Shown here piece after piece: positions 50,544 to 63,706 of a stretch of 64,000 bases of DNA. Under the pieces are notes generated by a model. It saw nothing but the letters and a program-made list of their open reading frames with translations. It was not told where the DNA came from and made no database searches. Every line of letters starts with the position of its first letter. Within the stretch, counting starts at the first letter, position 1. Source of the stretch: Salpingoeca rosetta (lineage: Eukaryota > Protista > Choanoflagellata); the NCBI GenBank assembly GCA_033442325.1, contig JAWQFM010000034.1:216464-280463 (forward strand), written 5' to 3'. Position numbers and translations under genes: made by a program.

Positions 50544-50894
50544 TCACAACTGCCCATCATCGCAAGAACGCACCATGCCGACGCACTCGTGGATGTGCTC
50601 TTCACAAGTTTGCGCGCATTGCGGTTGGTTCTGGATAGCTGCCTCTCTGTTGGAGGTTTGGTTGGTGGCAGTTGCGCCGGTATCACTGTCATTGGGCGAC
50701 GCTGGTGGGCGCGACACATAGACAATGGGGACGGCGCATACGGCACCGACCACAAAGATGGTGATGCAGCAGAAGAGCCCGATGTACCGCCGACGCTTGC
50801 GCTTCTCCCGGAGTTTGCGGAGCTGCTCCTTGCGGAGCTCTTGCGCTTCCTCCACAAAGTACGGCTCCATGCTGACCTGATAGCGGTTGGACAT
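50544..50894 (-). CDS. Single-pass (type II) membrane protein N-terminus with a Cys-rich ectodomain start; possibly exon 1 of the mucin-like gene
   Basis: Basic run REKRKRRR immediately before the hydrophobic YIGLFCCITIFVVGAVCAVPIVYV, then a T/N-rich linker and QCAQTCEEHIHEC. A donor-like GTGCGT lies at 50573. Confidence 0.55.
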   Translation of the reverse strand: MSNRYQVSMEPYFVEEAQELRKEQLRKLREKRKRRRYIGLFCCITIFVVGAVCAVPIVYVSRPPASPNDSDTGATATNQTSNREAAIQNQPQCAQTCEEHIHECVGMVRSCDDGQL

Positions 50895-51446
50895 GATGAT
50901 CGTTGATCGTGTGCTTGCTGCGTCTTGGTCGAGGTGTTACAGATGTACTGGAAGAGTGGAAGAGGGGGGCACGGGTCCGAAGAAAATGGTAATGCCGTAC
51001 GCACAAAAGCAAGGCGGTCAAGGCGTGTTGTGCGACAGCGAAGCGAGGTGTGCGTGCTTGTGTCGTGCACTGAGCCTCGTGTGCATCGCAGCTATCGTTG
51101 CTTTGAGTCACATAGGCATGTTGACTGAAGCTGTGACTTTGAGAGTGAGCATGCATGCAAGTCAACTGAGCCGTCACTCTTTTCAGCCCGTATATGACGT
51201 CATCGTCCGTGTTGTGTCAAATTTCGTGTTTCTGATGACTTGGACTGGCATGGGGGGTGCAACGCTGCATTGTGTACGCGCTTGACACGAGTGTGGGGTT
51301 TATTTGCAATGTAACGACAAGCTTTCCTTCAACAGCTCAGTCAACATCAAGACGCCAAAGCAACAAACGCACACAAAGAACAAGCTGCGTTGACGATGTG
51401 ACGTGGAGTGTCATGGTGTCATTTAAGACAAGACAACAAGTCGTCA

Positions 51447-53933
51447 TCACGCCTGCTGCTGCTGCTGCTGCTGCCGTTGCTTCTGTTGTTGTTTTCGTTG
51501 TTGATCATCGCCACCGCTGTCTTCGGCTTGTGTTGCTGCCGACTTTTGTGTCGACTGTTTCTTCGTTTCTTCGATTGCTGGCGAGCTGGTGTCGGGTGCA
51601 ACATCCTGTTTTGTCGTGTCGCTCCCTGCCGGCGCGTTCTCGATCGCCGTCGCTTGCTTCGACGGTGCTGGCGGGCAGTGCTGTTGCAGCAGTGACAGCA
51701 GGTCCTTCGCGGTCTGCAGCCCAACCTGAGCGCGTAAACGAGCAGTTTGAAGGTTGAGGAAAGGGAAATCGAGTTAACAGAGGATTTGAGGGGTGTCAAA
51801 ACAATGTGGATGGAGGGGACGCGTGTCCGCAGCATGGCATGGCTCTTTCGAAGCAATCGCGTTCGTATGAGCAGACACACTCAACAGCAACCATTGAGGT
51901 ACACAGGTGTGCAGGTGTAAGAGTGTATGTTCGGGGTGAGGAACGTACCCTGAGAATGTAGATGCTGAGGCCTGCGGGCTTGTCGCCGCGCTCAACGACC
52001 TCTGGTGCTTGCGAAGCGTGGTTCACGAGCGCGAGCGAAATCGACTGCGAGTGTTTGTGCACGTGAACATATGTGTGAGGGCAAGCGTTGTGAGTGCAAA
52101 TGCTGCGAGAGCAAACGGTGTGAGTGAGTGATCGTGTGGCGTTAGCACACGCGTGCACCGGCTGGCGCGCACAATCACAATCATCAGCGATCACATATTG
52201 CGTGCTTGAGCCAGCGACCCACGGCACGCCCCCCTCCAACAACAACGGTGCCAAGACAACAAAACGGTGGCGATTTCGGCGCGTGTTGTTATGGTTATTT
52301 GTACCTTTGGCGTCTGCTGGTGCGGGTTCGTTTCTGGCCGCAGAAGCGCGTTGAGCACAAGTCGCTTCGTCTGGTCGAGCCACATCACTACAATGAAGGA
52401 CAGGAGGAGGAGGAGGAGAAGAGAAGAGGAAGAGGAGGAGAAGGAGGAGGAGGAGCAGGAGGAGGAGCGGGAGGAGGTGGTGGTGGTGGTGGTGGTGGTG
52501 GTGGCAAAGGGATGAGCGAGGTGAGTGTGGCGTTGCACAAGAATACGTGGCACTTCACGAACTCTTTCTTCACCACCCTCGGTACAGCGCCCAACCACCA
52601 ACACCAATACTGCTTACAAATGCGGGCTGGCTCGGCTGTGTCGATGTTGGTGCCGCTGCTGCTTCTCGCTGCACGCCCTTCCCTACTCTTCTCCATCCTC
52701 TGCGGCTGTCGTTGCTTCCGCTGTTTTTGGGCGATTATGACGGTGCCCACGCCGCGCTCCTCCCAGCTCCCGTTATGGAAACAGAACAGCTTGGCCTTGC
52801 ACTGCGCAGCGTCACGTGTGTGTGTGTGTGTGTCGGTATGTGAGCTGTCGAACCAATCGTAAGCAGAGACATAGTATCGTGCTCATGCCTCCCTCTCCCT
52901 GCACTAGCTCAAAGCACGCGCCACCGCACGGCCAGGGACCTGGTAGGTGACGTCCGCGGGGTCAACGCCCTCGGGGAGCGCGCGCGCAGCAGGTAGCGCT
53001 TTCTCTGTACACCACAACAAGCAGTGAACCATGCCGGGGGTGCGGTGGAGAGGGAGTGGTGAGAAGACGCGAGGTCGCCAGGCACTTGTTGAACGCGCGG
53101 TAGCAGCAGGCAGGCGGAAACACACACAGACACAGACACAGACACAGACGCACACACGCAGACACAGACACAGACACACACAGACACAGACAGACATAGA
53201 CACAGACACAGACACAGACACACACACACACGCAAGGCACCTTTGCCGTTTGAAGAATCCCTCCGGAAGAGACCACCACTGCCGCTGCCGCTGCCGCTGC
53301 CACTGCTGCCATCTGGTGGTGCAGGCATGGTTGGGGAGTGATAAGAGTGTGTTGGAAGGAGTGGAGCATGTGAGCAGAGGCGGTGCTGCGAGCTGTTGGT
53401 GTTGGCTAAATCGTCGGGGACCACAAGACGTTTAGCACACGTACCGAAGAGGGAAACAATGAAACGAAGGAGCACCAGACACAGACACAGACAGACAGAC
53501 GGACAGACACACACACACACACAGACACAAACGCACACACACAGACACACACACACACAGACACAGACACAAACGCACGCACACACACACACATACACAC
53601 AGACACAAACGCACGCACACACACACACATACACACAGACACAAACGCACGCACACACACAGACACACAAAAGAAGACGCACTCTTTGCAGTTGGGGTTG
53701 TGCATGGGGACGTGGTGGTAGAGCCGCCAAATACGCTGTCGGAGGAGCTGTCCTGGCGTGACCGGCCCTGTTGTGGCGCATCGTGCTGCTTGCTGCCCGC
53801 ATGAGCAGTAGACGCGGGCCCCGACGACGACGCCGTCTCTGCATCTGCTGCTGCTGTTGACGGTGCTGCTGCCGGCTTTGCTTGCCCTGTCGTGATGACG
53901 GGGTAACAAGGGGGATTTAATGTGAGCAGAACA

Positions 53934-53971
<38 letters not shown>

Positions 53972-54286
53972 AACAAACAAACAAACAAACACAGCGCATA
54001 ATGTCTTGCTTGCTCTCTCTCTCTCTCTCCTTCTCTCTCTCCCCTTTCTTCTGCTCTGCCCCAGTCGGTGTTGCGAGTACTGTCGGCACCAGTCATGGGC
54101 GAGAACAAACCGAAAGCAGCCGCCTTGCCAAAGCCGGGTGCCTTGCCAAAGCCTGAACGTGTGTCGACATCAGCGGCGGTGTCGAAGGTCAAGGTGAGGG
54201 TACACAGTGTCGACAAAGGGTTTACAGACAGAGCGAACACATGTCATCACAGTCAAAGTGGCAGTGACACGTTTGAACCCACCAGT

Positions 54287-54330
<44 letters not shown>

Positions 54331-54577
54331 CACACACACTACATTCACCAGACCACCCTTTTGCGACATCCTTGTGATGATAATTGCCCTACAGTCAAGT
54401 CGAAGTTTTCTTACCGACATGGCTCTGAGTTAAACGTCTAACCGCTCAGCCTAGACAGACTGTCATGTACGGACAAATGTCTGGCGATGCCCGTTATAAC
54501 CCCTAAGCGGAGCTGCTGCCTGCCTGACGGTCACAGCTATAATTATACGGTCGGAGTCCACGACTCGCGTCCCACGT

Positions 54578-54626
<49 letters not shown>

Positions 54627-55723
54627 CACACCTTTGCCAAAGCCGGACGACCCTGTCGATTGCCAGCACAGCAACACCAAACATCATGGAGATGAGTGCT
54701 CCCGGAATACTTTCCCACACAATACACAAGGAAGGAAACAGGCACGGTACAAGCACCCACAGCAACCCCTTCCCCAACACATACACAGACACACAGACAC
54801 ACAGACACACAGACACACAGACACACAGACACACAGACACACAGACACACAGACACACACACACACACGCCAAGCTGACCAGATGCGAGGGCAGCAAAGG
54901 GGTTTGATGACGTCTTGGTCAAGGTTGCCGGCTTGCTGCTGGCTGTGGGCTTCGCGGATGTGGCTGCTGAGGTTGTGGTTGATGTCGCCTTGGCAAAAGT
55001 GGCGGCAGAAGCGGATGAGAAGGGCTTTTTGTTCGCCCCAAACAAGGTGGGTGCGGGTGTGGTTGCTGTGCTGGTGGGGTTCGCTGCTGTTTGCCCAAAC
55101 CCACCAGCCTTGCTGGAGGCCGCGCCAAAGCCTTTGTTGCCTCCAAAGCTCTTGCCGCTGCTGGCCAGTGCGCTGAACGGGTTGCTGCCCGCCTTGGGCA
55201 CAGTCGACGCTGTTGTTGGCGCTGCTGCTGGTGTTGTTGTTGGTGCTGTCGTTGGTGCAGTCGTTGTCGTGGTTGTCGTTGTTGTTGCTTCTGCTGGCTT
55301 GTTGTCAGCAGCGCTTACTGTAATCTTCGGGCGCTTCGCATCCCCTGCGTGCATGAAGGGGTTTGTCGACAGTAGGTTTGGGGAGCAGTGAGGAGGGCGT
55401 GGTGGGAACAAGGAGCACACGAACACACGCGGACAGACACAGATAGAGGGACAGACAGAGACACGGATAAAGAGACAGAGAAGCAGGCACATCGACACAC
55501 GCAACACGTGCGCGCACACACACAAACAAACACACACAAACACAGACACACAGACACACAGACACACACACACAGACACACAGACACACACACACAGACA
55601 CACACACACACACACAAACAGACACACACAGACACACACACACACAGACACAGAGACACGCACACACAGACACACACACACACGCACACCTCGGTCATCA
55701 TCTTTGCCGTCGCCGTCACTCAT
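51447..55723 (-). CDS. RanBP3/Yrb2/Nup50-like protein: NLS-like KRPK, FG/GFG repeats and a C-terminal Ran-binding domain. Multi-exon
   Basis: Not evident from the ORF track. The spliced frame gives [18 protein letters not shown]...[26 protein letters not shown]...[23 protein letters not shown] (RanBD KLF...WxERGxG, ~52735-52802)...[15 protein letters not shown]...IYILRV...[11 protein letters not shown]. The checked junctions are phase-consistent. Confidence 0.8.
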
Positions 55724-56130
55724 CGTCGTCGTGGGTGGTCCTTTTCACGTACAAACTTGAATTGTACATCCAAAATGCACAATTTTGCCCATGTTGGTGC
55801 AGCTCACAAAGTGTAATGGTGGATACACACTAATGCGCCCCAACCAAGCAGAAGCTTGTGCGAAATATATTACCATCCACGTGTCCGTCCTTCCCAAACC
55901 ACGGCGCCAAGCCACCAGCCAAAAACCAAAAAAAAAAAAAACTTTGGCTGGCTTGCTGGCTGGCACTGGACGCAGAACACACCGGAGACAGAACAAAAAG
56001 CGCGTGTATGTGTCAGTGGGTGCACTTTGTTGTGTGCATGTGCGAAGACGAAGCTGCCGCTGTTGCTGCCAGACTTGCTTCCTTGCTCTCCTTCCCACCC
56101 CATCCTTTCTTCAACAAACGAACAACGACG

Positions 56131-56547
56131 ATGGACCTCAACCTCAACAACGTGCTTGACAAGACTGTCAACAAGGAGAACACACCCATTGCCATTGCGG
56201 CAGCCGGTGGTCTCATCATGCAAGTGCTCGTCTGGAACATTGTGAGTGGGTTGAGCATTGGTTGTGCACAGCGTGCCATGACGCCAGCGTGACTGTAGCT
56301 GAGGTCATTGTGAGCCATGTGCGTGTGCGTGTGCGTGTGCGTGTGCGTGTGCGTGTGCGTATGCGTGCGTGAGTGCTGAGTATGAGGTCATCCTGCGTGA
56401 CCAAGTCTGTGTGCGTGCATGGGTGGGTGGCAAAGTGAGTCATTCTGTGCACGTGGGGTGCCCAAACTTCATTCCGTGGTGTCCTGACAGGATGCAGCGT
56501 CCCGTGTGCTGCATTGCCACTTCTACTCACTCACACACACACACACA

Positions 56548-56598
<51 letters not shown>

Positions 56599-58040
56599 TG
56601 CGCGCAATGAGTACCACAACAAGACCCTCACACGCTTCTTCGGCTCGGCAGAACGCGCCATTCGCTTCAACGCATTCCTCGTCATCTTCGGCGGCTTCCT
56701 CCGTGATCGATTGTGAGTTTCTTTGAACCGCTTGCATATGGGGACAAGAATTCGTGCAACAACAACAACAAGGTGTTGTGCCTGCCAGCTTGTGGTAGTC
56801 ACCAGCTACAGAGCAGCCTTTGGCTGTGTCTCGAGCCAGTGAGCGCCCAGCGCCCTACCGCTGGTTCCTCACAACCCTTGTCCCCCTCCCCACGCTGTCC
56901 TTGGTTTTGCAGGGTTGAGTACGCCATGACACAGCACCCCACCATGGAAGAGCTCGGCACATTCGAGGCAAACGTCGCCGCCTTCATCATCTGGGCTGTC
57001 GGCATGGTTCTCGTCGGTGGCTCCTTCTACCACCTCGGCTGGCGCAACACTTACATGGGTGAGTCTGCTGTGTCGTGCTGCTGTAGTGTGTGCGTGTGCA
57101 TGTGCGCATGTATGTACATGTGTGTGTGTGTGTGCGTGCGTGGGTGTGTGTTTATGTGCGCATGTGCGTGTGTGCGTGTGCGCGTGCGCATGTATGTACA
57201 TGTGTGTGTGCGTGCGTGGGTGTGTTTTTATGTGCGCATTTGTACATGTGCGTGTGTGAAGTGTTTCATGTTAGAGTGCAAAGCCCACGCAGGTGCGCGT
57301 GTGCATGTGGCCAGACAACAACCACTGCTGATACTATTTCCACGTCTTGCCCTTGTGTGCCCATTGACACGTGCGCTTCTCGTCTCTCTCTTATTCTCTC
57401 TTTCCTTGCAGGTGACTACTTTGGCTTCCTTCTCCCTGCACGAGTGACCTCCTTTCCCTTCAACGTGTGCGACCACCCCATGTTCCTCGGCTCGTCGCTG
57501 CTGTACCTCGCCAAGGCCATCTACTTCTTCCAGAGCCCAATCGGCATTGTCCTTGCCGCCTTCTCCTACGTCGTCTACATTGTCTTTGGCTACTACGAGG
57601 AGTGAGTCCGCTGTGTGATTGTGTGTGAATGTGTGTGCGTGTGTGTGTGTGCTTAGGTGCGTGTGCATGTGTTGGTGTGCTTGCGTGTGCATGCGTTTGT
57701 GTGCTTGCGTGTGCATGTGTTTGTGTGCTTGCGTGCGTGTTTGTGTGCTTGTGTGTGCATGTGTTTGTGTGCTTGTGTGTGCATGTGTTTGTGTGCTTGC
57801 GTGCGTGTTTGTGTGCTTGTGTGTGCATGTGTTTGTGTGCTTGCGTGTGTGCATGCATGTGGATGTCGTGCACATGCAAGGCTGTGCACACATACATGAT
57901 CCCTCCGCCCACCGCTGCCACCCAACACCTGCTCAAGCCACTCACCGCCACCATCTTCTCCTCTGCTCTGTATTCCCAGTGCATACACGGCGATGATCTA
58001 CGCCAAGAAGGCCGAGGAGGACAAGAAGAAGGGCAAGTAA
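56131..58040 (+). CDS. PEMT: Phosphatidylethanolamine / phospholipid N-methyltransferase (PEMT/OPI3). Exons 56131-56241, 56597-56712, 56913-57058, 57412-57601, 57980-58040
   Basis: Diagnostic WNIVARNEY, LRD, LGWRNTYMGDYFG, VTSFPFNVCDHPMFLGS and YYEDAYTAMIY motifs, with a C-terminal KKKGK dilysine signal. Confidence 0.93.
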
Positions 58041-58604
58041 ATCCTCCTCCCCCCCCCCTCACTCGCCACTCCCCACCACCTCCCAACTCTCAAACACCAA
58101 AAGGCCAGCGCCCAGCCCAAGGCTGCCCTTCTCTCCGCCACCCTGCCACGCACCCAAACTATCAAGCACCACCATCGCCTCGACCCGTCTCCTTCCTCCA
58201 TTGGCAGCGATGGCGAGGGTGTACATCCGTTGTGCATTGTAGCTGCTGTCTGTCCACTGTCTGTGGTGGGAACGGTTTTGATGTGTTACAGTTTCACGTC
58301 AACTCAACCATCCAACAACTGCTACCACGATGACCACCACTACCACTTTTTCGACAACTACCACCTTAACCACGACTACCGCCTTTACCACCGCTCCACC
58401 TTTACCACCACTCTACCCTCACCAGACCCCTGCTCTCATCTCAACCTTGCGTGTTGTCTGTGTCCCGTTTTATAACCAGCCTTGTTTCCCCATTTGTTTG
58501 TATCACCACGTACGCGTGTTTGCCATTTTGTTGCGTTTCCCCCGCTGGCCGCACGTCTTCCACACATAATGTCGGCTCAAATGATGCACCCCACACGCCT
58601 TTGT

Positions 58605-58658
<54 letters not shown>

Positions 58659-59308
58659 ATCCACCTGTGTCCATCCGTCAGTCCATCCTGCTCCCACATG
58701 TTTGTCTGTCACACTGATTCGTTTTACGTTAGGAAGTTGCTCCCTGTTGCGTGCGTGTGCGTGTGTGTTTGACTCTTTGTTGTATTGTGTGCGCGCGCGC
58801 ATGTGTGTCAGCTTGCGAGCGCGCTGCGTTGCACATTGTGGCGTTCTCTTACCTTTTTTAGAAGCAACTGCATTGTTCCGCCTTTTGTCTGTACCTGTGT
58901 GCGTGCGTGTGCATGTGTGTGCATTGCTTGTGGGTGGCGTGCGTGTATCCCAGTGCGCCATACCTTTGCCATGTGTGCACGTGCGTGCGCGTGCGTTTGT
59001 GCCTGTCGCTTGCTTGTTCACAAGCCGTTTGCTTGTGCCCCTGCTTGTCTTTGCTGTCAACTTTTGTCGTTGAAGGCGTGCACACATGTGCACGCGTTCT
59101 GTGTCCTGTCTCACGAAGAAACAGCCAATCACTCCAAAACGCGCCAAAAATACATTTCACAGCGAAACTGGGATGTTTATTATGGATGAGCCTTGTTCTG
59201 CTTGTTGGCGAGCAAGCGAGCAGATGTAATGCCAAGACCACACCACACAAGACACGCAGACACACAGACATACAGATACACAGACACACACACACACACA
59301 CTTGGAAG

Positions 59309-62300
59309 CTACGACGACAGCGATGATGATGATGATGACGACTGCCGCATCTGCTGCTGCCGCTGCTGCTGGAATTCGCGTCGAATCCTGGCCTCTAATT
59401 GGCAATCATCAACTGCCTGGTTAACAACAGCCTTGACACTCGTGCGAACACCACGCTGCACATCACGCAGGGCTCGCATGACGCTTGCACTCAGCACCCC
59501 GTTGCCACCACCACCACCACCGCTACCACTGCTGCCACCACTCGTCCCACCGCTCGCAAGCACGCCTGTTGTTGCTGCTGTTGATGACGATATGGACGAC
59601 ACGGAACCACCAGAGTGGGCGTGGCTGGACGTTGTGCCTGCAAGCAAAGACGACGGCGTTGCAGCATACCCAGAGGTGCGCTGGCCAATGGCAGCAAGGC
59701 TGGCTATTGCGGTGCCGCCTGTTGTTGACGCTGATGATTGCTGTCTGCTCAGCGCGCGGCGGCCACCACCACTGGTTGACGCCGTTGTTGCTGCTGCTGC
59801 TGCTGATGATGATGATGACGTGTGTGCTGTTGCTGTCGCAGCGAGCATGCGCACATGTGCTTGAAACCGATCACCAAAGCGCTCAATGTCTGAGAGTGTC
59901 AGTGAGTGAGTGAGTGAGTTAGTGAGTGAGTGAAAGGGGAGGGGGAGATGTGGCAGTCGAAGACACTGTACGTGCGCATAACGAGTACACAGTGTGCGCC
60001 GTTAACATGTGTAGATGTGAGCACCTTGTTGATCGATGGCTACTGGAAACCGCGGTGATGAAAGGGCAACAGGTGTGGGAATCTGCAAAGAAAGAAAACG
60101 ACAGAGTTGTTGTTGCTTCAGTGCACGAAGAACCGAAGACGCACACACACACACACACATACACACATACACACCTGTCTGCAGAATGTGTTGAGAGCGG
60201 CAAATGCGCGCTCTGCCTTGGATCGTTCCGCCAGCCCAATTGTTTCGCCATTTAGGGATTTCAGCCCCGTGAGGCGATTGATTGCGTAAAGTTTCCAAAA
60301 CGAAATGCCCGCGACGGGCTCGCTATCGCCAACCGCTAAATGCCGCAGCGCAAACGGCGCAAGCGCAACGAGCTGGTCGAGCGAGCGGAGATTGCAATCG
60401 CGGAGGTGGAGGGCGGTAAGGGCAGGCAGGCGACGTCTGACGCGACCAGTGGTGGCGATGACAGTTGAGATGTCGAGATAGCGGATGTGCAGCGACCGGC
60501 ACGTTGGCGGATAGCCCGTCCTGGTGCACCGTTGAGTGGAGAGGGTGGTGGGGGTTGGGGTGGTGGGGGTTAGGGTGGTGGGGGTTAACGGTAGGGGTNN
60601 NNNNNNNNNNNNNNNNNNNNNNNNNNNNNNNNNNNNNNNNNNNNNNNNNNNNNNNNNNNNNNNNNNNNNNNNNNNNNNNNNNNNNNNNNNNNNNNNNNNN
60701 NNNNNNNNNNNNNNNNNNNNNNNNNNNNNNNNNNNNNNNNNNNNNNNNNNNNNNNNNNNNNNNNNNNNNNNNNNNNNNNNNNNNNNNNNNNNNNNNNNNN
60801 NNNNNNNNNNNNNNNNNNNNNNNNNNNNNNNNNNNNNNNNNNNNNNNNNNNNNNNNNNNNNNNNNNNNNNNNNNNNNNNNNNNNNNNNNNNNNNNNNNNN
60901 NNNNNNNNNNNNNNNNNNNNNNNNNNNNNNNNNNNNNNNNNNNNNNNNNNNNNNNNNNNNNNNNNNNNNNNNNNNNNNNNNNNNNNNNNNNNNNNNNNNN
61001 NNNNNNNNNNNNNNNNNNNNNNNNNNNNNNNNNNNNNNNNNNNNNNNNNNNNNNNNNNNNNNNNNNNNNNNNNNNNNNNNNNNNNNNNNNNNNNNNNNNN
61101 NNNNNNNNNNNNNNNNNNNNNNNNNNNNNNNNNNNNNNNNNNNNNNNNNNNNNNNNNNNNNNNNNNNNNNNNNNNNNNNNNNNNNNNNNNNNNNNNNNNN
61201 NNNNNNNNNNNNNNNNNNNNNNNNNNNNNNNNNNNNNNNNNNNNNNNNNNNNNNNNNNNNNNNNNNNNNNNNNNNNNNNNNNNNNNNNNNNNNNNNNNNN
61301 NNNNNNNNNNNNNNNNNNNNNNNNNNNNNNNNNNNNNNNNNNNNNNNNNNNNNNNNNNNNNNNNNNNNNNNNNNNNNNNNNNNNNNNNNNNNNNNNNNNN
61401 NNNNNNNNNNNNNNNNNNNNNNNNNNNNNNNNNNNNNNNNNNNNNNNNNNNNNNNNNNNNNNNNNNNNNNNNNNNNNNNNNNNNNNNNNNNNNNNNNNNN
61501 NNNNNNNNNNNNNNNNNNNNNNNNNNNNNNNNNNNNNNNNNNNNNNNNNNNNNNNNNNNNNNNNNNNNNNNNNNNNNNNNNNAGTGAGTGAGTGAGTGAG
61601 TGAGTGAGTAAGTGAGTGAGTGAGTGAGTGTGTGAGTAAGTGAGTGAGTGAGTGAGTGAGTGAGTGAGTGAGTGAGTGAGTGAGTGAGTGAGTGAGTGAG
61701 TGAGTGAGTGAGTGAGTGCGTGTGTGAGTGTGTGAGTCAGTGTGTGCGTGTGAGTCAGTGAGTGGGCTTGTGAATACCAACACGCACCAATATCACCTGC
61801 CTGTGGTTGTGAGCACACGTGCACCCCATGTTGCACTCAAACAGCTGCAACACGAATGGCATCAGGTGGCGACAGCAATCACGGCTCACAACGCTTCATC
61901 TCACCCACCTGATACTACGGGTGTATTCCCGCCACTTTTCTTGCGCGTGTTCAATCGCCGCATCTCTCTCAACCGCTCGCCGTCGCACTTCTTCCTCTTG
62001 CCTGCAGGCACGACAAAAATAAACGACAACAAATATGCCAACACATATGTGGAATGAGTGCGTGCGTGCGTGTGTGCGAGCGTGCGTGTGTGTGCGTGTG
62101 TGGGATTGATGTGCGACTCCGGCGTTGCGAAAGGAAGAAGAAGACGAAGAGAGCGAGTGTTCATGTGCGAGGTGTCGTGAGTGAGCACAGCACGGCTGCA
62201 ATTGAGACAAGCCGCGAGCATCACGTGTATGACGCACGCTTTCTTGTCCTCCATCTTGCGGACGTTGATTCCCTGCAGAGTGAAAATGCGGCGCCAGCGT

Positions 62301-63647
62301 GAGAGGCGGAAGAACGCGCGAGTAAAAGAAGTTCGGAGGAAGCAAGCGAGCATCACCTTCACCCACACGCACACAAACAAACAAACAAACAAACAAACAA
62401 ACAAACAAACAAACAAACAGACAAACAGACAAACAAACAAACAAACAAACAACCAAACAAACAAACACGCAGAGCTCAACAAAACACAACGCACCGCCAT
62501 GCGTCTCTCCTCGTCGGAGACGCGTTTGTTGTCCAGCAGTCGCAGCGATGGCAGTGCCGTCACCGCCTGCTCCCTGTACATTTGTGCGCCCGTCACCTCT
62601 GCGTTGCCGTCGAGCGACAGCTCCGCGATGGCGCCGTGCCCGACGATGCCTGCAAGCAACGATGCGAAGAAGCAGCAACGTTGAGGCACATGAGGTGCGT
62701 GTGTGTGCGTGCGTGTGTGTGATTGTGTGAAAGTGTGTGTGTATGATTGTGTGAAAGTGTGCGACAGTAGTGCGGGAGAAGCGGTGTGTGACAGTAGTGC
62801 GTGCAAGTGCGCTAATAAGAACAACCGCCATCACCACCACCGCCCATCGCTGCAGCGCGCATCCAAAGTGTGCCCGACCCTTTGTTGAGCGGAGGAGGTT
62901 GTCGCTGAGGAAGAGGCGTTGCAAGTGCGGCGCCGAGTGCACCAGATCAATGCAGTGCTGGATCTGATTGTTGGTGATGGCGATGATGGTCGTGTTGGTG
63001 GATGGAATGGCGGAGGGGGGGGGGGCGCGTTGGAAGTGGGGTTGGTGGTGGTGTGAGAGGAGAAGAAGGCGTGGTGAGGTCAGTAACACGCAATAGCACT
63101 GTGTGCAGTGCGTCCGTGTGTCACCTGGTTCCTGCTGATGTTGAGTTCGACAAGAGATGCGAGACCGGCAAGCGGAGACATCTGAACAGAACAGCAATCA
63201 GCAGAGCGGGGTGGCGGTGACGTGTGGGTGGGATGGATGTGATGACAGCAAGCATGTGGAGCGACGTGCACAGCAGCTTGCAATGGAACACACAGGCAGG
63301 TAGATAGGCACACAGACACATACACACATACACAGACACACAGACACACAGCACATACACACATACACAGACACACAGCACATACACATACACAGACACA
63401 CAGACACGCGTATACACACCAACAAACAAGCAAAACAAACAAACAAACAAACAAACAAACAAACAAACAAACACACACGCACACACATACACACATCCTT
63501 GATGAGATTTGATGCGAGATTAAGGACGCGGAGAGAGCGGAGATGCGCGATGCCGGCCGTTGTCGTGATGGCGTTTCCGTGCAGATCCAGAACATCAAGA
63601 TGCACAAGCGCTGCTCAAGGGGAAAGGCGTGTTTGTTGGTGCACGTG

Positions 63648-63706
<59 letters not shown>

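Noticed and set aside
60570-60576. Interstitial telomere
   Set aside because: Only one TTAGGG is visible, which is not enough for a telomeric array; it is kept only as a G4-prone repeat.
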